From Vulcanimicrobiales bacterium (GTDB lineage Bacteria > Vulcanimicrobiota > Vulcanimicrobiia > Vulcanimicrobiales > Vulcanimicrobiaceae), in contig JBBRLI010000016.1 in NCBI GenBank assembly GCA_038231455.1, positions 9,257 through 73,256 on the forward strand: a stretch of DNA of 64,000 nt, read 5' to 3'. Shown here piece by piece: positions 26,259-37,062 of this stretch. A program made the position numbers and the translations under genes. Position 1 is the first letter of the stretch, and every line of letters starts with the position of its first letter. A model generated the notes under the pieces. That model saw nothing but the letters and a program-made list of their open reading frames with translations, had not been told where the DNA came from and did no database searches.

Positions 26259-28332
26259 GCCCGAGATCCCACGCGTTCCAATAGTCGCGGCCCAAGACGT
26301 TTGGTCGGAAATGCACGGTACGCGCGGAGAGCGCGTACGCGCTGCGTTCGAATCCGAGTGGCAAAACCGGGAGATCGGCTTGCAGTTGATCTCCCGCGAG
26401 CTTGTACCAGCGCTGACGTTCGGCATCGTCGTAGGTCGCCGCGCCATTGCGTTCGTCTCGATCGAAATCCGTGCTGCAGTAGCCCATGGAGTTGCCGCCA
26501 CCCGGCGGCTTCGCCGCGCAGCCGAAGAGATACGAGCGATCGGGGTCAAGACTCGGCGACCACGACGTCAGCGCCAAGTCGTACTTGCCGCTCTCCAAAA
26601 TGCCGCCGGAGTCTTTGGCGCCCCAGAACGTGCCCGGGGCGTATGATTTGATCGTCGCCGTTATCCCCGCACGCGCGAGTTGATCCACGATCTGCACCGC
26701 AGCCGCATCGCTCGAGCGCCACGTGCCCGCGATCGCGAGTTCGACGTTCAGTGCCCGGCCGCCGAGTTGCGCGCGCGCGGCCGTCGCATCGAGCGGCGGC
26801 AGTGTGTGCCCGCTACGGTAGCGCGCGTCCAGCTGATCGGAATCCGTCGGCTCTTCGAGTCCACGGTACACCGTCTGAGCGATGCGCGCACGATCGATGG
26901 CCCGCGCGACGGCTTTGCGAACGCGCGCATCGGCAAACGTCGGACGCGCAAGATTGAACTGTACGTAGTCGACAATGTTCGTCGTCGCGGTCGCAATGTG
27001 TAAGCCCGGAAGCGTGCGCACCGTATCGACCTGCGCTCCGGAAAGATAGATCGCATCGAGTTGACCGGTGCGCGCGAGGAGCAGACGCGTTTGGGGCGAG
27101 GGGACAACCGAGACACGCAAGCGGTCGAGCGCCGCGGGGCCGCGCCAATAGTACGGATTGCGCGCGAAGTCGAGGCGTTCGCCGCGCTTCCACCGCGTCA
27201 GGCGAAACGGCCCTAAACCCACCGGCTGCGTGTCGAGCGAACTGCGGTCCAGACTGGCAAGCGACCCGACCACGTGTTTTGGAAGAATCGCAAACGGATC
27301 GCTTGCGCCGAGGGTGAGAAACGAAGAAACGAACGGCGCTGATGGTTCGCGTAGCGTGACGACGAGCGTATCGCGGCGCGGCACGCGCACGGCGGCGATG
27401 CGGTCGACCGTCGAGCGGTCGGGGACGCTCGTGCGCGGGTTCCGTAACGCATCGATCGTGAACGCGACATCGCGCGCATCGAACGGCGCCCCGTCCGACC
27501 AGCGGCCCGTCCGAATGCGATACGTGATCGTCCGTCCGTCAGCAGAGATGCCGCCGTTCGCGCGCGTCGGGATCTCGCGCGCCGCATCGGGGACGAGTAC
27601 GCCCCGATCGTCTACTAAAAAGAGATAGCCTTGTGTGAGCGGAGCGAGCTGCCAGCCATAGGGTGTGTTGCGAATCGTGTTGAGGGAACTTGGGTCTTCT
27701 TCAACTGCGAGGCTAAACGGTTGGGAGGTCTCCGCCGCCTGTGCGGGCGCGAACAGGGCAGTTTTCGGCTTCTTCGGCCCCGATACGTAGGTCGAGCGCG
27801 CGTTCTCCATCGCCGACTCGATCGCGGGATTGAAGCCGACCCACTTCGCGCGCTCGAATCCCGCGGGGTCGACGACGACGATCGTGGGGAAATTGTCGAT
27901 GCCGAAAGCGTGACCGGCGATCTGATCCGGGTCGAATGCGACGTTGTGCATGTCGTGCGCGACGGCAAAATCGCGCGCCACGGGAGGCGGTTCGCCGACG
28001 TCGATCGCGATGACGTCGACGTCCGGATGCGTTTTTGCATAGTGCTCGACAAGCGGCAATGCCAACTTGCACGGCTCGCACCACGACGCCCAGAAGTCTA
28101 AGAAGACGAGGTGCCCGCGATGGGCCCCAAGGGAGAAACCCGGCCCGGAGAGGGCGCTCAAGCGGACCTCAGGTGCCCGAACGAGGCTCGATGTGTCGAG
28201 TAGCCGCGGCGCGATCACGAATTTGAAGACGGCAAACGCGATTACGAGTACCGCAAGGCCATCGAGGATGCGTCCCGTCCAGGGTTTCGGCGGTCGTACG
28301 GGCGCAATCGGCGTCGGTTCGGGTGTCTCCAT
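26245..28332 (-). CDS. Membrane-anchored TlpA/thioredoxin domain fused to a family-5 ABC substrate-binding domain
   Basis: ATG 28332; TM helix; LDFWASWCEPC and FPTIVVVD; then ISADGRTITYRIR, WSDGAPFDARDVAFT, PVGLGPF, RNPYYWRG, DARVRKA in one frame. Confidence 0.82.
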   Translation of the reverse strand: METPEPTPIAPVRPPKPWTGRILDGLAVLVIAFAVFKFVIAPRLLDTSSLVRAPEVRLSALSGPGFSLGAHRGHLVFLDFWASWCEPCKLALPLVEHYAKTHPDVDVIAIDVGEPPPVARDFAVAHDMHNVAFDPDQIAGHAFGIDNFPTIVVVDPAGFERAKWVGFNPAIESAMENARSTYVSGPKKPKTALFAPAQAAETSQPFSLAVEEDPSSLNTIRNTPYGWQLAPLTQGYLFLVDDRGVLVPDAAREIPTRANGGISADGRTITYRIRTGRWSDGAPFDARDVAFTIDALRNPRTSVPDRSTVDRIAAVRVPRRDTLVVTLREPSAPFVSSFLTLGASDPFAILPKHVVGSLASLDRSSLDTQPVGLGPFRLTRWKRGERLDFARNPYYWRGPAALDRLRVSVVPSPQTRLLLARTGQLDAIYLSGAQVDTVRTLPGLHIATATTNIVDYVQFNLARPTFADARVRKAVARAIDRARIAQTVYRGLEEPTDSDQLDARYRSGHTLPPLDATAARAQLGGRALNVELAIAGTWRSSDAAAVQIVDQLARAGITATIKSYAPGTFWGAKDSGGILESGKYDLALTSWSPSLDPDRSYLFGCAAKPPGGGNSMGYCSTDFDRDERNGAATYDDAERQRWYKLAGDQLQADLPVLPLGFERSAYALSARTVHFRPNVLGRDYWNAWDLGLSDR

Positions 28333-28393
28333 AACAGCCGCCAGAGTTTTGCCGAAGGGAAAGAACACCCCTCGGCGCGCATAGGAGCCCTCG

Positions 28394-29341
28394 ATGCCCA
28401 ACCTTCGTGCGCCCGCCATGACGATCGATGCTCGCGCATTACCCGCACTCAATCGCAGTTCGCATATTTTCGAGGCGTTCGACAAGCTCGGCGTCGGCGG
28501 AATTCTCGAACTGACCGAAGAGACCGACCCGCGCGCTTTGCGCAACGAGTTTGGCCAGTCGCGCCCGGGGAAATTCTCGTGGGACGCGCGCAACCTCGGG
28601 AACGGCCGCTGGACGATCCGCCTCGAGCGCATCGACGAGCGGGCAGATACGAACACGTTTCTCTCGCACGCGCCGCCCTTCGCGAGCGCGAAAGCAGCGA
28701 CGATCGCGGAACTTGCGGGCCTCGCGACCGAACGATCCTATCGCTCGGGCGATACGATCTTTGATGAAGGTGAGCAGTGGCCGTATCTTGCGTTCGTGCG
28801 CAGCGGCAAAGTCGTGTACACCTTGCTCTCGCCCGACGGCAAAACACATTCGCTCGGCGAACGCCTCACCCACGATCCGCTCAACGAATCCGGGACGTTC
28901 GACGGCGGCGGTGCAACCACGCGCGCAGAAGCCCTCACCGATTGCGTCCTCGTCCTCGTGCCTTCGGAAGCCGTCGTCCATGCGGTACGCAACGATGCGG
29001 AGTTGGGCCTGGGGTTTCTCGCCGCGGCATCGCAGGCGCGCCGCCGCTCGATCGACACGATCGCCGATCTTGCGTTCGCGCACGTCTTGCAACGCGTCGC
29101 GAAGTTTTTGATCTCCTACGCGCCGGCAACGACGGGCATGGCGCCGGGATTACCGGGCGTTGAGAATCTCTCGCAAGCGCAAATCGCCGCCGCCGCCGGC
29201 ACCGTTCGCGACATGGCTGCGCGTGCGTTGCTCCGTCTGAAGAACGCAACTGCGGTCGAACTCGATCGTGGTCGCGTACGTGCGCTCGACCGCGCCCGAC
29301 TCGAAGCCTTCGCCCATGGCGTGCAGGCGCCGCCCGTCTAA
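28394..29341 (+). CDS. Crp/Fnr-family regulator with N-terminal DUF2249-like domain
   Basis: IDARALP...IFEAFDKL...DPRAL...FSW...W domain, cNMP-binding fold, LSQAQIAAAAGTVRD HTH; AGGAG RBS. Confidence 0.8.
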   Translation: MPNLRAPAMTIDARALPALNRSSHIFEAFDKLGVGGILELTEETDPRALRNEFGQSRPGKFSWDARNLGNGRWTIRLERIDERADTNTFLSHAPPFASAKAATIAELAGLATERSYRSGDTIFDEGEQWPYLAFVRSGKVVYTLLSPDGKTHSLGERLTHDPLNESGTFDGGGATTRAEALTDCVLVLVPSEAVVHAVRNDAELGLGFLAAASQARRRSIDTIADLAFAHVLQRVAKFLISYAPATTGMAPGLPGVENLSQAQIAAAAGTVRDMAARALLRLKNATAVELDRGRVRALDRARLEAFAHGVQAPPV

Positions 29342-29342
29342 T

Positions 29343-30215
29343 TTACCCGTTCGCCGCGGCGAAATGATCGGCGGGCGTTGGTTTTTCGACGGCCCGCCAC
29401 GCGCGCATGTTGGCGAAGCCGCGTAGTGCCCCAAGCACGATGACGATCGTGCCGCCCGCAACCGCATAGCCGAGCGGCGTTGCGCCGATAACGAGACTAG
29501 CGCACGCCAATATTACCAGCAGTAAGCCGGCAGCCGCAAGCGAGGTCTGCAAGGCGGAAATGCTCAATGCGCGCTTATTGATGACGCGTCCGGCGACGAT
29601 CGCGGCAACGACGTCGGCGTGCATGAGCGTAAGCGGTACGAACGAGAGAAAGACGAGCGCCCACCACGGATACGGAAGCGCCGCGAATGCGATGAGGACG
29701 AACGTCGTCGCGGTTGCGAGCAGAAATTTCGGCCGCTTCGATGCGTTTGAATCGAGCGCGCGCGCGAGCAAATCGGCGGTCATCAATGCAGCGATCACGT
29801 TGACCACGGGCACGATCAAAAGCGCCGTAAAGAGCGCCGCGTGATTGGAACGGCCGAGGCGCACTTCGGCAAACCGGCGCGCGTGATAGAACCACACGAT
29901 CGTATAGAGTCCGAACGTGGCAAGCGTTAGTAGCGCGATCGTGAACGGGCGCCGCACGAGTTTCGCCTCCGAACCCGTGAACGTCGCGATCCCGTTGTCG
30001 ACGCGCAGCGGCGCCGCCCAATCGATGAAAAATCCCGGGCCGAGGGGCCGGTCGCTCTCCACGTCGATAATGTTCAGGTCGTGCCCATGCGGCGCCTCAA
30101 ACGCGTCGCGCGGGCCGAGCGTGGCGAGCGCGGCCTCACGTTCGAGCTTGGTCCCACATGCGCGGCAAAAAACGGAGTCGGCGAGGGCCGGGGTGCCGCA
30201 CTGATCGCAATACAC
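29343..30215 (-). CDS. Zinc-ribbon membrane protein (DUF4234-like)
   Basis: YCDQCG...FCRACG, LLTLATFGLYTIVWFY, several TM segments. Confidence 0.7.
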   Translation of the reverse strand: MYCDQCGTPALADSVFCRACGTKLEREAALATLGPRDAFEAPHGHDLNIIDVESDRPLGPGFFIDWAAPLRVDNGIATFTGSEAKLVRRPFTIALLTLATFGLYTIVWFYHARRFAEVRLGRSNHAALFTALLIVPVVNVIAALMTADLLARALDSNASKRPKFLLATATTFVLIAFAALPYPWWALVFLSFVPLTLMHADVVAAIVAGRVINKRALSISALQTSLAAAGLLLVILACASLVIGATPLGYAVAGGTIVIVLGALRGFANMRAWRAVEKPTPADHFAAANG

Positions 30216-30254
30216 GCCTCCCGCTTACCCGGTTGAGCGCGCGTCTATGCTTTC

Positions 30255-31205
30255 TTACCCCGGCAATGCCTTCAGCGCATCGGCGAACGTGTCGACCGGT
30301 ACGACACGGACGTCTTTTTCGTCTTTGATCTCGGCATAGTTTTCGCGCGGGACGAGAAAGACGCTCGCTCCCGCGCGTTTTGCAGCGATCAATTTTTGGC
30401 GCGTGCCGTCGATTGGACCGACGGTTCCATCGAAGGCGATCGTTCCCGTACCGGCGATCTTCCGCTCGGGGCTCGGCGCGGCCGGATGGAGCGCGCGATA
30501 GATTTCGAGGGCGAACATGAGACCTCCCGATGGGCCGCCGATCTCGCCGATTCCGTAGGTTACCGGAATCGCCAGCGTCGCCGGTCGCGGCACCATCTGC
30601 GTACGGATCCCTAGGCGCGGTTGGCCTTCGAACGCGACGACCGGGATGAACGCTTCGCGGCTCTGGGCAAGGCGGTCGTAATCGACGCGCAACTCGTCCC
30701 CCACCTTGTGCGCGCCGACGCGCGTGCGGAGTTCGGCGCTCGTTCGAATCGGCGTTCCGTCGATCGCCGTGATGACGTCGCCGGACTTCAAAACGCCGAT
30801 TGCGCGCGACGCCGGATCGACCGAAAGTACGGTCGTGCGCTCGGCGGGAATCGGCACCCGATAGCCCGCCGCACGTTCGGCGACGACGGCCGCTGCTTCT
30901 TGGCTCGTTTCCATTTGAATGGTCGAGACGGTGTCGAGGTCGCGCGCGCCCGAAGGGGCGATCGCGGCTACCTTTTGCAGTTTCACGCCCGGCAAGAGCA
31001 AGAGCGCAAGACGAATCGGCGAGGCACGCTGCAGCGTGACGTCGGTGAGGTAAAAACGGTCCGTCGGCGGGTGGTGGTGCGCGACGGATACCGTGTGTGT
31101 GAGGTCGACGGCGGTGCCGGGAGCGACAAGATAGTACGGAAGCGGGATCGCGCCGAGAACGACGATAACCGCCGCCACGACGAACCAGCGCGTCAGTGGG
31201 CTCAC
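30255..31205 (-). CDS. PDZ-domain Lon-like (S16) protease, YlbL family
   Basis: LPYYLVAPG, PDZ, IGGPSGGLMFAL catalytic Ser, IAGTGTI, QKLIAA Lys. Confidence 0.9.
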   Translation of the reverse strand: MSPLTRWFVVAAVIVVLGAIPLPYYLVAPGTAVDLTHTVSVAHHHPPTDRFYLTDVTLQRASPIRLALLLLPGVKLQKVAAIAPSGARDLDTVSTIQMETSQEAAAVVAERAAGYRVPIPAERTTVLSVDPASRAIGVLKSGDVITAIDGTPIRTSAELRTRVGAHKVGDELRVDYDRLAQSREAFIPVVAFEGQPRLGIRTQMVPRPATLAIPVTYGIGEIGGPSGGLMFALEIYRALHPAAPSPERKIAGTGTIAFDGTVGPIDGTRQKLIAAKRAGASVFLVPRENYAEIKDEKDVRVVPVDTFADALKALPG

Positions 31206-31789
31206 TTCGCGGGGACGGTCACCGATTCGAGTTCGGCAGTTTCGCGGAGTGCTGCGCTCTCGTCTTGCGCGTCGAATGCAACGCGTTTGGCGCGCGCCGC
31301 TGCATCGGCGAGCGGTTGGGCGATCGGGGTCTGCGCGATCTGCGCCGTGCGCGATCCGGCAAGTGCCTCGATGCCCTTCTTCACCGAACCCAGCGCCGTC
31401 GCGAGACGTGCGTCGAGATCGCTCAAGACTTGGGCTGCGTAGGCATCTGCGCCGTGGCGCACTTTCTGCGCCCGCTCTTCGGCTTCGCGCATGATGATGT
31501 CCGCCGTGAGGCGCGCTTGACGCACGATCTCTTGCTGGTCGATCAGCTGCGCGTGTGCGTCGCTTGCTTCGCTGACGATCGCCTGCGCTTTTTCTTGTGC
31601 TTCGCGCAGTACGCGATCTTTATTGTTTGAAATGATTTTCGCGCGGCCCACTTCCTCGGGCAGCGTCGACCGCATCTTCTCGATGAACTCCATCAGCCGT
31701 TCTTCGGAGAGCACGCGATATTTGAGCGGGAGAACGGTCCCCTCTTTGACGTACGCTTCGAGTTTGTCGATCACGCGATAGATGGACAT
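31202..31789 (-). CDS. Coiled-coil protein conserved downstream of coaD
   Basis: LPEEV...AQEKAQAIV...GADAYA pattern typical of the DivIVA/ATPase-b-like protein next to coaD. Confidence 0.7.
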   Translation of the reverse strand: MSIYRVIDKLEAYVKEGTVLPLKYRVLSEERLMEFIEKMRSTLPEEVGRAKIISNNKDRVLREAQEKAQAIVSEASDAHAQLIDQQEIVRQARLTADIIMREAEERAQKVRHGADAYAAQVLSDLDARLATALGSVKKGIEALAGSRTAQIAQTPIAQPLADAAARAKRVAFDAQDESAALRETAELESVTVPAK

Positions 31790-31812
31790 ACGAGTACCTC
31801 CAGTGGTTTGGG

Positions 31813-32328
31813 CTAGGGACGTAGGATCGCGCGTTTTTCGCGCATGAAACGCATGACGGCTCGCGGGACGTACGAATCGATGTCACCGCCGAGTAAGTAC
31901 ACTTCTTTGAGCATGCTCGAGCTGACGAACAAGAAGCGCGGGTCAGACATCAGGAACATCGTATCGACGCTCGAGAGCGAACGGTTCATGAGCGCCGTCG
32001 AAAGCTCGGTCTCAAAATCCGAGACGACGCGCAGACCCTTGACGATGACGTTGGCGTCTTTGCTCTTCACGTATTCGGCAAGCAGTCCGCGAAAATCTTC
32101 GACATCGACGTGCGGTAGGTGCGCGACGATCTCGGCGAGCATCGCTTTGCGTTCGGCAAGCGTGAACATCGGCTCGCGTTTTTGCGGGTTGACGACGACG
32201 GCGACCGTGAGCCGATCGAAGACGGCGGCGGCGCGTTCGATGACATCGAGATGGCCCATCGTCGGCGGATCGAACGAGCCGGGATAAATCGCGTGGACGC
32301 CGCTGCGCCCCGCGCCGTTAGCGCTCAT
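31813..32328 (-). CDS. coaD: Pantetheine-phosphate adenylyltransferase
   Basis: YPGSFDPPTMGHLD, KGLR, SSSMLKEV. Confidence 0.97.
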   Translation of the reverse strand: MSANGAGRSGVHAIYPGSFDPPTMGHLDVIERAAAVFDRLTVAVVVNPQKREPMFTLAERKAMLAEIVAHLPHVDVEDFRGLLAEYVKSKDANVIVKGLRVVSDFETELSTALMNRSLSSVDTMFLMSDPRFLFVSSSMLKEVYLLGGDIDSYVPRAVMRFMREKRAILRP

Positions 32329-32882
32329 GCGGCCGCCCGCGCGCGCATAAACGCAAGAGCGACCGCACCGTAGCGCTCGGTGCGCACGACCTCGAACTGC
32401 GGATCGACCGGTGCGGCGACGCTCGCCGAATGTTCGTAGATCACGAGCGACTCTTGGTCGATCGTGCCGCGCGTGCGAAGCGCGGAGAACGCCGCTTGCG
32501 GATAGGGATCGGCGTACGGCGGATCGGCGAAGACGATGTCGTAGCGACCGGCAAGTCGCGCGACGGCACGTTCGAGCGGCGCGATGACGACGCTTGCACG
32601 GTCGCTCACGCCAAGATCGCTTGCGGTTCGTTGAATGGCCTGGGCCGTCGCCGCATGCGCTTCGACGAAGGTCACTTCGCGCGCGCCGCGCGAGAGCGAC
32701 TCGAATCCGAGCGCTCCGGTGCCCGCATAGGCATCGAGCACGCGCGCATCATCGACATGCATTCCGAGGATCGAGAAGAGCGCTTCTTTGACCCGCGCTG
32801 GGGTCGGTCGAACGGCCCGTCCCCGCGGAGTGGGGACGCGGCGACTACGTAACGTGCCGCCGGTCAATTTGAGACTCGCCAT
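32325..32882 (-). CDS. rsmD: 16S rRNA (guanine966-N2)-methyltransferase
   Basis: ATG 32882; RPTPARVKEALF, DAYAGTGALG, DPPY. Confidence 0.93.
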   Translation of the reverse strand: MASLKLTGGTLRSRRVPTPRGRAVRPTPARVKEALFSILGMHVDDARVLDAYAGTGALGFESLSRGAREVTFVEAHAATAQAIQRTASDLGVSDRASVVIAPLERAVARLAGRYDIVFADPPYADPYPQAAFSALRTRGTIDQESLVIYEHSASVAAPVDPQFEVVRTERYGAVALAFMRARAAA

Positions 32883-32887
32883 TCGAT

Positions 32888-33592
32888 CTAGCGTAAATTC
32901 TCCGCGGCGGTCCCGCTCCCTGGAATGTGTTCGAGAAGTTCGGTCAGGCGTTCGATCCGCACCTCGGGCGGCGGCACCCCCGGAGGCCACGTGTATCCTT
33001 CCCAGTCGAACCACACGCCGTGCATACCGGCATCGCACGCGCCGACGACATCGACGAGCGGCGTGTCGCCCACATACCAGCACTCCGCAATCGGCGTTGC
33101 GAGCTTTTCCGCCAGCAATTCGAACGCCGCCGCATTTGGTTTCTCGCAGCCGATCGCATTGCTTACGAGTATGCGGCCGGTGTACCCAATTTTGGCAAGT
33201 TTGTGTTCTTGCAGCGGGCTCCAGCCGTTGGTCAAGACGGCGACCGGAATCCCGCGCTCGTTCAAGGCTGCGAGCAGATCGAGGGCACCGGGCAGCGGTT
33301 GCACGAGGTCGGGGACGAGCTTCAGAGCGTGGAAACGAAAACACGCCAGCACGTCATCCGGATGACCTGCCTTGATGTGCCCGCCGCGCAGCGCGATGAA
33401 GTCGACGAGTTTTTGAACGAAGCCGATCTCGTCGCCCGCGCGAAACGCCCGCAGCCAGGCCTCGATGCGATCGTTCACCTCATCCGGGTCGACCAGGACG
33501 CCCGACTCGGCGAGAACCGCCATCACGGCTTTGCGTTCGAGTCCGTTGTCGATGCCAAGGGTGTGATCGAAATCGAATCCGACGGCGATCAC
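32888..33592 (-). CDS. HAD-superfamily hydrolase
   Basis: FDFDHTL, LTNG, KP, YVGD-x4-DV. Confidence 0.88.
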   Translation of the reverse strand: MIAVGFDFDHTLGIDNGLERKAVMAVLAESGVLVDPDEVNDRIEAWLRAFRAGDEIGFVQKLVDFIALRGGHIKAGHPDDVLACFRFHALKLVPDLVQPLPGALDLLAALNERGIPVAVLTNGWSPLQEHKLAKIGYTGRILVSNAIGCEKPNAAAFELLAEKLATPIAECWYVGDTPLVDVVGACDAGMHGVWFDWEGYTWPPGVPPPEVRIERLTELLEHIPGSGTAAENLR

Positions 33593-35622
33593 GAGGTCAC
33601 CAGAATCGCGCGCGCGGTTGCGACGGAGTCGACGAGTTCGAGCAGACGACGATTCTCGTCATCTTGCAGTTCGGGGTCGCGACTGAGGATCGCATCGGCC
33701 TCCGCTTTCGCTTTCATGTAAAGTTCGAAATCTTGGACGATATTACCGACCGTGCTCCCCGCAACGCCCGCCTGCGCGGTCCCGGCGAATTCGCCTTCGC
33801 GACGGAGGCGCAAATCTTCTTCGGCAATTTTGAAGCCATCGGTCGTCTCGGAGAGGATGGTCAAGCGCTCGACTTCACCCGCATCGTCCGGGGCGATCAA
33901 CATGCAGAACGAGCGCTCGACGCCGCGGCCGACGCGGCCACGTAACTGGTGTAGTTGCGCGAGGCCGTAGCGGTTGGCATCGAGGATCACCATAACCGAG
34001 GCATTCGGAACGTCGACGCCGACTTCAACGACGGTCGTCGCAACGAGTACGTCCACATCGCCTGCGGCAAATGCGCCCATGACGCGGTCTTTCTCACGCG
34101 TCGGCATCTTGCCATGAAGCACTTCCACGCGCAAGTCCGGGAAGACACGCGCACGGATGTGTTCGGCTTCCGCAAGCGCTGAGGTGAGCGCGGATTCACT
34201 TTCTTCGATCGCCGGCGCGACGACATATGCCTGCCGTCCGAGTTCGATGTTCTTGCGCACGAATGCGTACGCTTGCGCCTTGCGGCTCTCGCGCAAAACA
34301 TAGGTTTCGATCGGCGTGCGCCCCGGAGGCAATTCATCGATGATCGAGAGATCGAGATCCGCGTATTTCGTCTGCGCGAGCGTGCGCGGGATCGGCGTTG
34401 CGGTCATGTAGAGCGTATGCGGAGCTTCACTCTTGCCGCGCAGACGCGCGCGCTGCGCGACGCCGAATTTATGTTGCTCGTCGATGATCGCAAGGCCCAT
34501 TTTTTTGAACGTCACGGATTCCGTTAGCAGAGCGTGCGTTCCGACGGCGAGCATCGCTTCGCCGCTTGCGATCCGATCTTGCGCACGCCGCCGCTCGCGA
34601 GCCCCCATGCTGCCGAACACCGCCTCAACCGCGATGCCGAAGGGAAGTAAGAGCGGCGCAAGTTTCTTCGCGTGTTGCGAGGCCAAAATTTCGGTTGGCG
34701 CCATGAGCGCGGTTTGCACGCCGTGACGCGCCGCAAGCACCACAGCGGCCGCCGCTACGAGCGTCTTGCCGCTGCCGACGTCGCCTTGCAAGAGCCGATT
34801 CATCGGCGCGGTGCGCGCCATTTCGGCCCATATTTGTTCGATCACGCGCTTCTGCGCGCCGGTCGGCGCGAACGGCAGTTCGGCAATCAAGGTCTTCCAC
34901 AAATCGGGCGGCGCGGCAAGCGCAACGGCGCCGCCCGCAGCCGCGCGGCGAGCGCGTTTGATGGCTGCGGCAAGCGCGATGCCGAAGAATTCTTCGAACA
35001 CGATCCGGCGTCGGCCGCGCGCAACGCTCTCCGGTTCGCGCGGCGCATGAACGGAACGCCAGGCCTGAGCGAGCGGTGGAAAATCGAACCGCTCGACGAT
35101 GCCGTGGGGGAGCAAGTCGCGGCGGCGTTCGATGAGCGCGTCGAGATTTTTTGTCACGATCGTGCGGATTTGCCGCGACGGCAGGTCTTTGGTTGCGCCG
35201 TACACCGGCACGATCTCGCCGATATAGGGCTCGCCGTCGCGAAGCAGCTTGTGTGTCATCACATTGAGCGATGTCAAGAGCCCTTTGCGCGCTACGCGGC
35301 CCGTTGCAAAGACGCGTTCACCACCGGAGAGTTTGCCGAAGAGGTGGCGCCTGCCAAACCAATTCGCCGTGATCGAACCGGATTCGTCGACGAGTTCCGC
35401 CGAGACGAGCGGAAATTTACCTTGCCGTTCGCGCACACGTGCGAGCGTGCCGACGACGACGGCATCGCCCTCATCGAGCGCGTGCAAACTTGCAATCGGC
35501 ATCGGCGTGCGCCAGTCTTTATACGCGCGGGGGATGTAGCTGAGCAGGTCGTCGGGCGTGCGCAAATCGAGCTCCGCGAATTTTTTCGCAAGCTCGGGAC
35601 CGACGCCCGCAAGCGACGTTAA
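33589..35622 (-). CDS. recG: ATP-dependent DNA helicase RecG (first canonical start TTG 35565, homology from 35622)
   Basis: [31 protein letters not shown]; in-frame LTSLAGVGP motif upstream of the TTG. Confidence 0.96.
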   Translation of the reverse strand, partial: LTSLAGVGPELAKKFAELDLRTPDDLLSYIPRAYKDWRTPMPIASLHALDEGDAVVVGTLARVRERQGKFPLVSAELVDESGSITANWFGRRHLFGKLSGGERVFATGRVARKGLLTSLNVMTHKLLRDGEPYIGEIVPVYGATKDLPSRQIRTIVTKNLDALIERRRDLLPHGIVERFDFPPLAQAWRSVHAPREPESVARGRRRIVFEEFFGIALAAAIKRARRAAAGGAVALAAPPDLWKTLIAELPFAPTGAQKRVIEQIWAEMARTAPMNRLLQGDVGSGKTLVAAAAVVLAARHGVQTALMAPTEILASQHAKKLAPLLLPFGIAVEAVFGSMGARERRRAQDRIASGEAMLAVGTHALLTESVTFKKMGLAIIDEQHKFGVAQRARLRGKSEAPHTLYMTATPIPRTLAQTKYADLDLSIIDELPPGRTPIETYVLRESRKAQAYAFVRKNIELGRQAYVVAPAIEESESALTSALAEAEHIRARVFPDLRVEVLHGKMPTREKDRVMGAFAAGDVDVLVATTVVEVGVDVPNASVMVILDANRYGLAQLHQLRGRVGRGVERSFCMLIAPDDAGEVERLTILSETTDGFKIAEEDLRLRREGEFAGTAQAGVAGSTVGNIVQDFELYMKAKAEADAILSRDPELQDDENRRLLELVDSVATARAILVTS

Positions 35623-36254
35623 CCCGCCGCCGAGGCTCTTCGTGCTAATTCGGCTCCAACCGTATCGAGCGAGACGCCGCGTGATTCCATCATCACGAGC
35701 AGATGGTAGAGCAAATCCGAGGTTTCCCAGACGAGTTCGTTCACGTCGTTGTTTTTTGCCGCGATCACCACTTCGGTTGCTTCTTCACCGATCTTCTTGC
35801 CGATCCGATCGACCCCGCCCGCCAGCAGTTTTGCCGTGTAACTGGTCTCGGGATTCGCATCGCGGCGCGCGTGAATGGTCGCCGCAAGACGTTCCATTGC
35901 AACCGGGAATCGCGGACCGGCCGCCACGGATTTTGTATCGAGCGCAACCGGCGTTGAAAAACACGAGCGTGCTCCAGTATGGCATGCGGGACCCATTGCA
36001 ATTACCCGATAGATCACCGCGTCGTTATCGCAGTCGGTCGCAATCGAGACAACACGCTGCGTATGGCCGGAGGTTTCGCCTTTGTTCCAGAGCGCTTTGC
36101 GCGAGCGCGAATACAGCCACGTCGACTTCGTTGCACGCGTTTTCTCGAGTGCTTCGGCGTTCGCATAGGCAAGGGTCAGCACGTCGCCCGAGGCATCGTC
36201 GAGAATGATAACCGGCACGAGGCCGTCGGGACCAAACGCGATGGGTTGATTCAT
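35619..36254 (-). CDS. hisIE: Bifunctional phosphoribosyl-AMP cyclohydrolase / phosphoribosyl-ATP pyrophosphatase
   Basis: [38 protein letters not shown]. Confidence 0.96.
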   Translation of the reverse strand: MNQPIAFGPDGLVPVIILDDASGDVLTLAYANAEALEKTRATKSTWLYSRSRKALWNKGETSGHTQRVVSIATDCDNDAVIYRVIAMGPACHTGARSCFSTPVALDTKSVAAGPRFPVAMERLAATIHARRDANPETSYTAKLLAGGVDRIGKKIGEEATEVVIAAKNNDVNELVWETSDLLYHLLVMMESRGVSLDTVGAELARRASAAG

Positions 36255-37024
36255 ACGCTAGTCGTTACGGCGGGACGAATCGCGATTCCGCGTTCACGGA
36301 GCGCCTCTTTGAGTGTTTCGATGCGGAGTTCGCCGAAGTGGAAGAGCGATGCGGCGAGCGCCGCATCGGCGTCGGCGATGACAAACGCGTCGGCAAAATC
36401 GGCGATCGTCCCCGCGCCGCCCGAAGCGATGATCGGCAGGTCGACGGCCGCGCGAATCGCGCGCAGCATCGGCAGATCGAAGCCCGATTTCGTGCCGTCT
36501 CGATCGATGCTCGTCACGAGGAGCTCGCCTGCGCCCAACTGCTCGACTTCGCGCGCCCACGCCACCGCATCGCGCCCCGTCGGCGTGCGGCCGCCGTCGA
36601 CGACCACTTCGTAGCCCTCGCCCGCTGCGCGCGCGTCGATTGCGACGATGACGCACTGGCTCCCGACGACGTGCGCGGCCGCGCGCACCAAATCCGGATC
36701 GCGCACCGCGGCGCTGTTCAAACTCACCTTATCGCAGCCCGCGCGCAAGAGGTCGCTGATATCGCTCACGCGTCGCACGCCGCCACCGACGGCGAAGGGA
36801 ATCGTCAGTTCGGCAGCCACCGCTTCGATCACCGCGAGCGTCGCTTGACGACCTTCGACCGTCGCGGTGATATCCAAGAAAACGAGTTCGTCGGCGCCTT
36901 CGGCTTCATACCGTCGCGCGAGTTCGACCGGATCTCCCGCATCGGTGAGTTCGACGAATTTGACCCCTTTGACGACCCGGCCGTTTTTGATATCGAGACA
37001 CGGAATGATTCGGCGAGCGAGCAT
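36251..37024 (-). CDS. hisF: Imidazole glycerol phosphate synthase cyclase subunit
   Basis: [31 protein letters not shown]. Confidence 0.97.
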   Translation of the reverse strand: MLARRIIPCLDIKNGRVVKGVKFVELTDAGDPVELARRYEAEGADELVFLDITATVEGRQATLAVIEAVAAELTIPFAVGGGVRRVSDISDLLRAGCDKVSLNSAAVRDPDLVRAAAHVVGSQCVIVAIDARAAGEGYEVVVDGGRTPTGRDAVAWAREVEQLGAGELLVTSIDRDGTKSGFDLPMLRAIRAAVDLPIIASGGAGTIADFADAFVIADADAALAASLFHFGELRIETLKEALRERGIAIRPAVTTSV

Positions 37025-37062
37025 CGGGTCGTCTTCGCTAAAGACGGTGCGCGCGACTTCCC

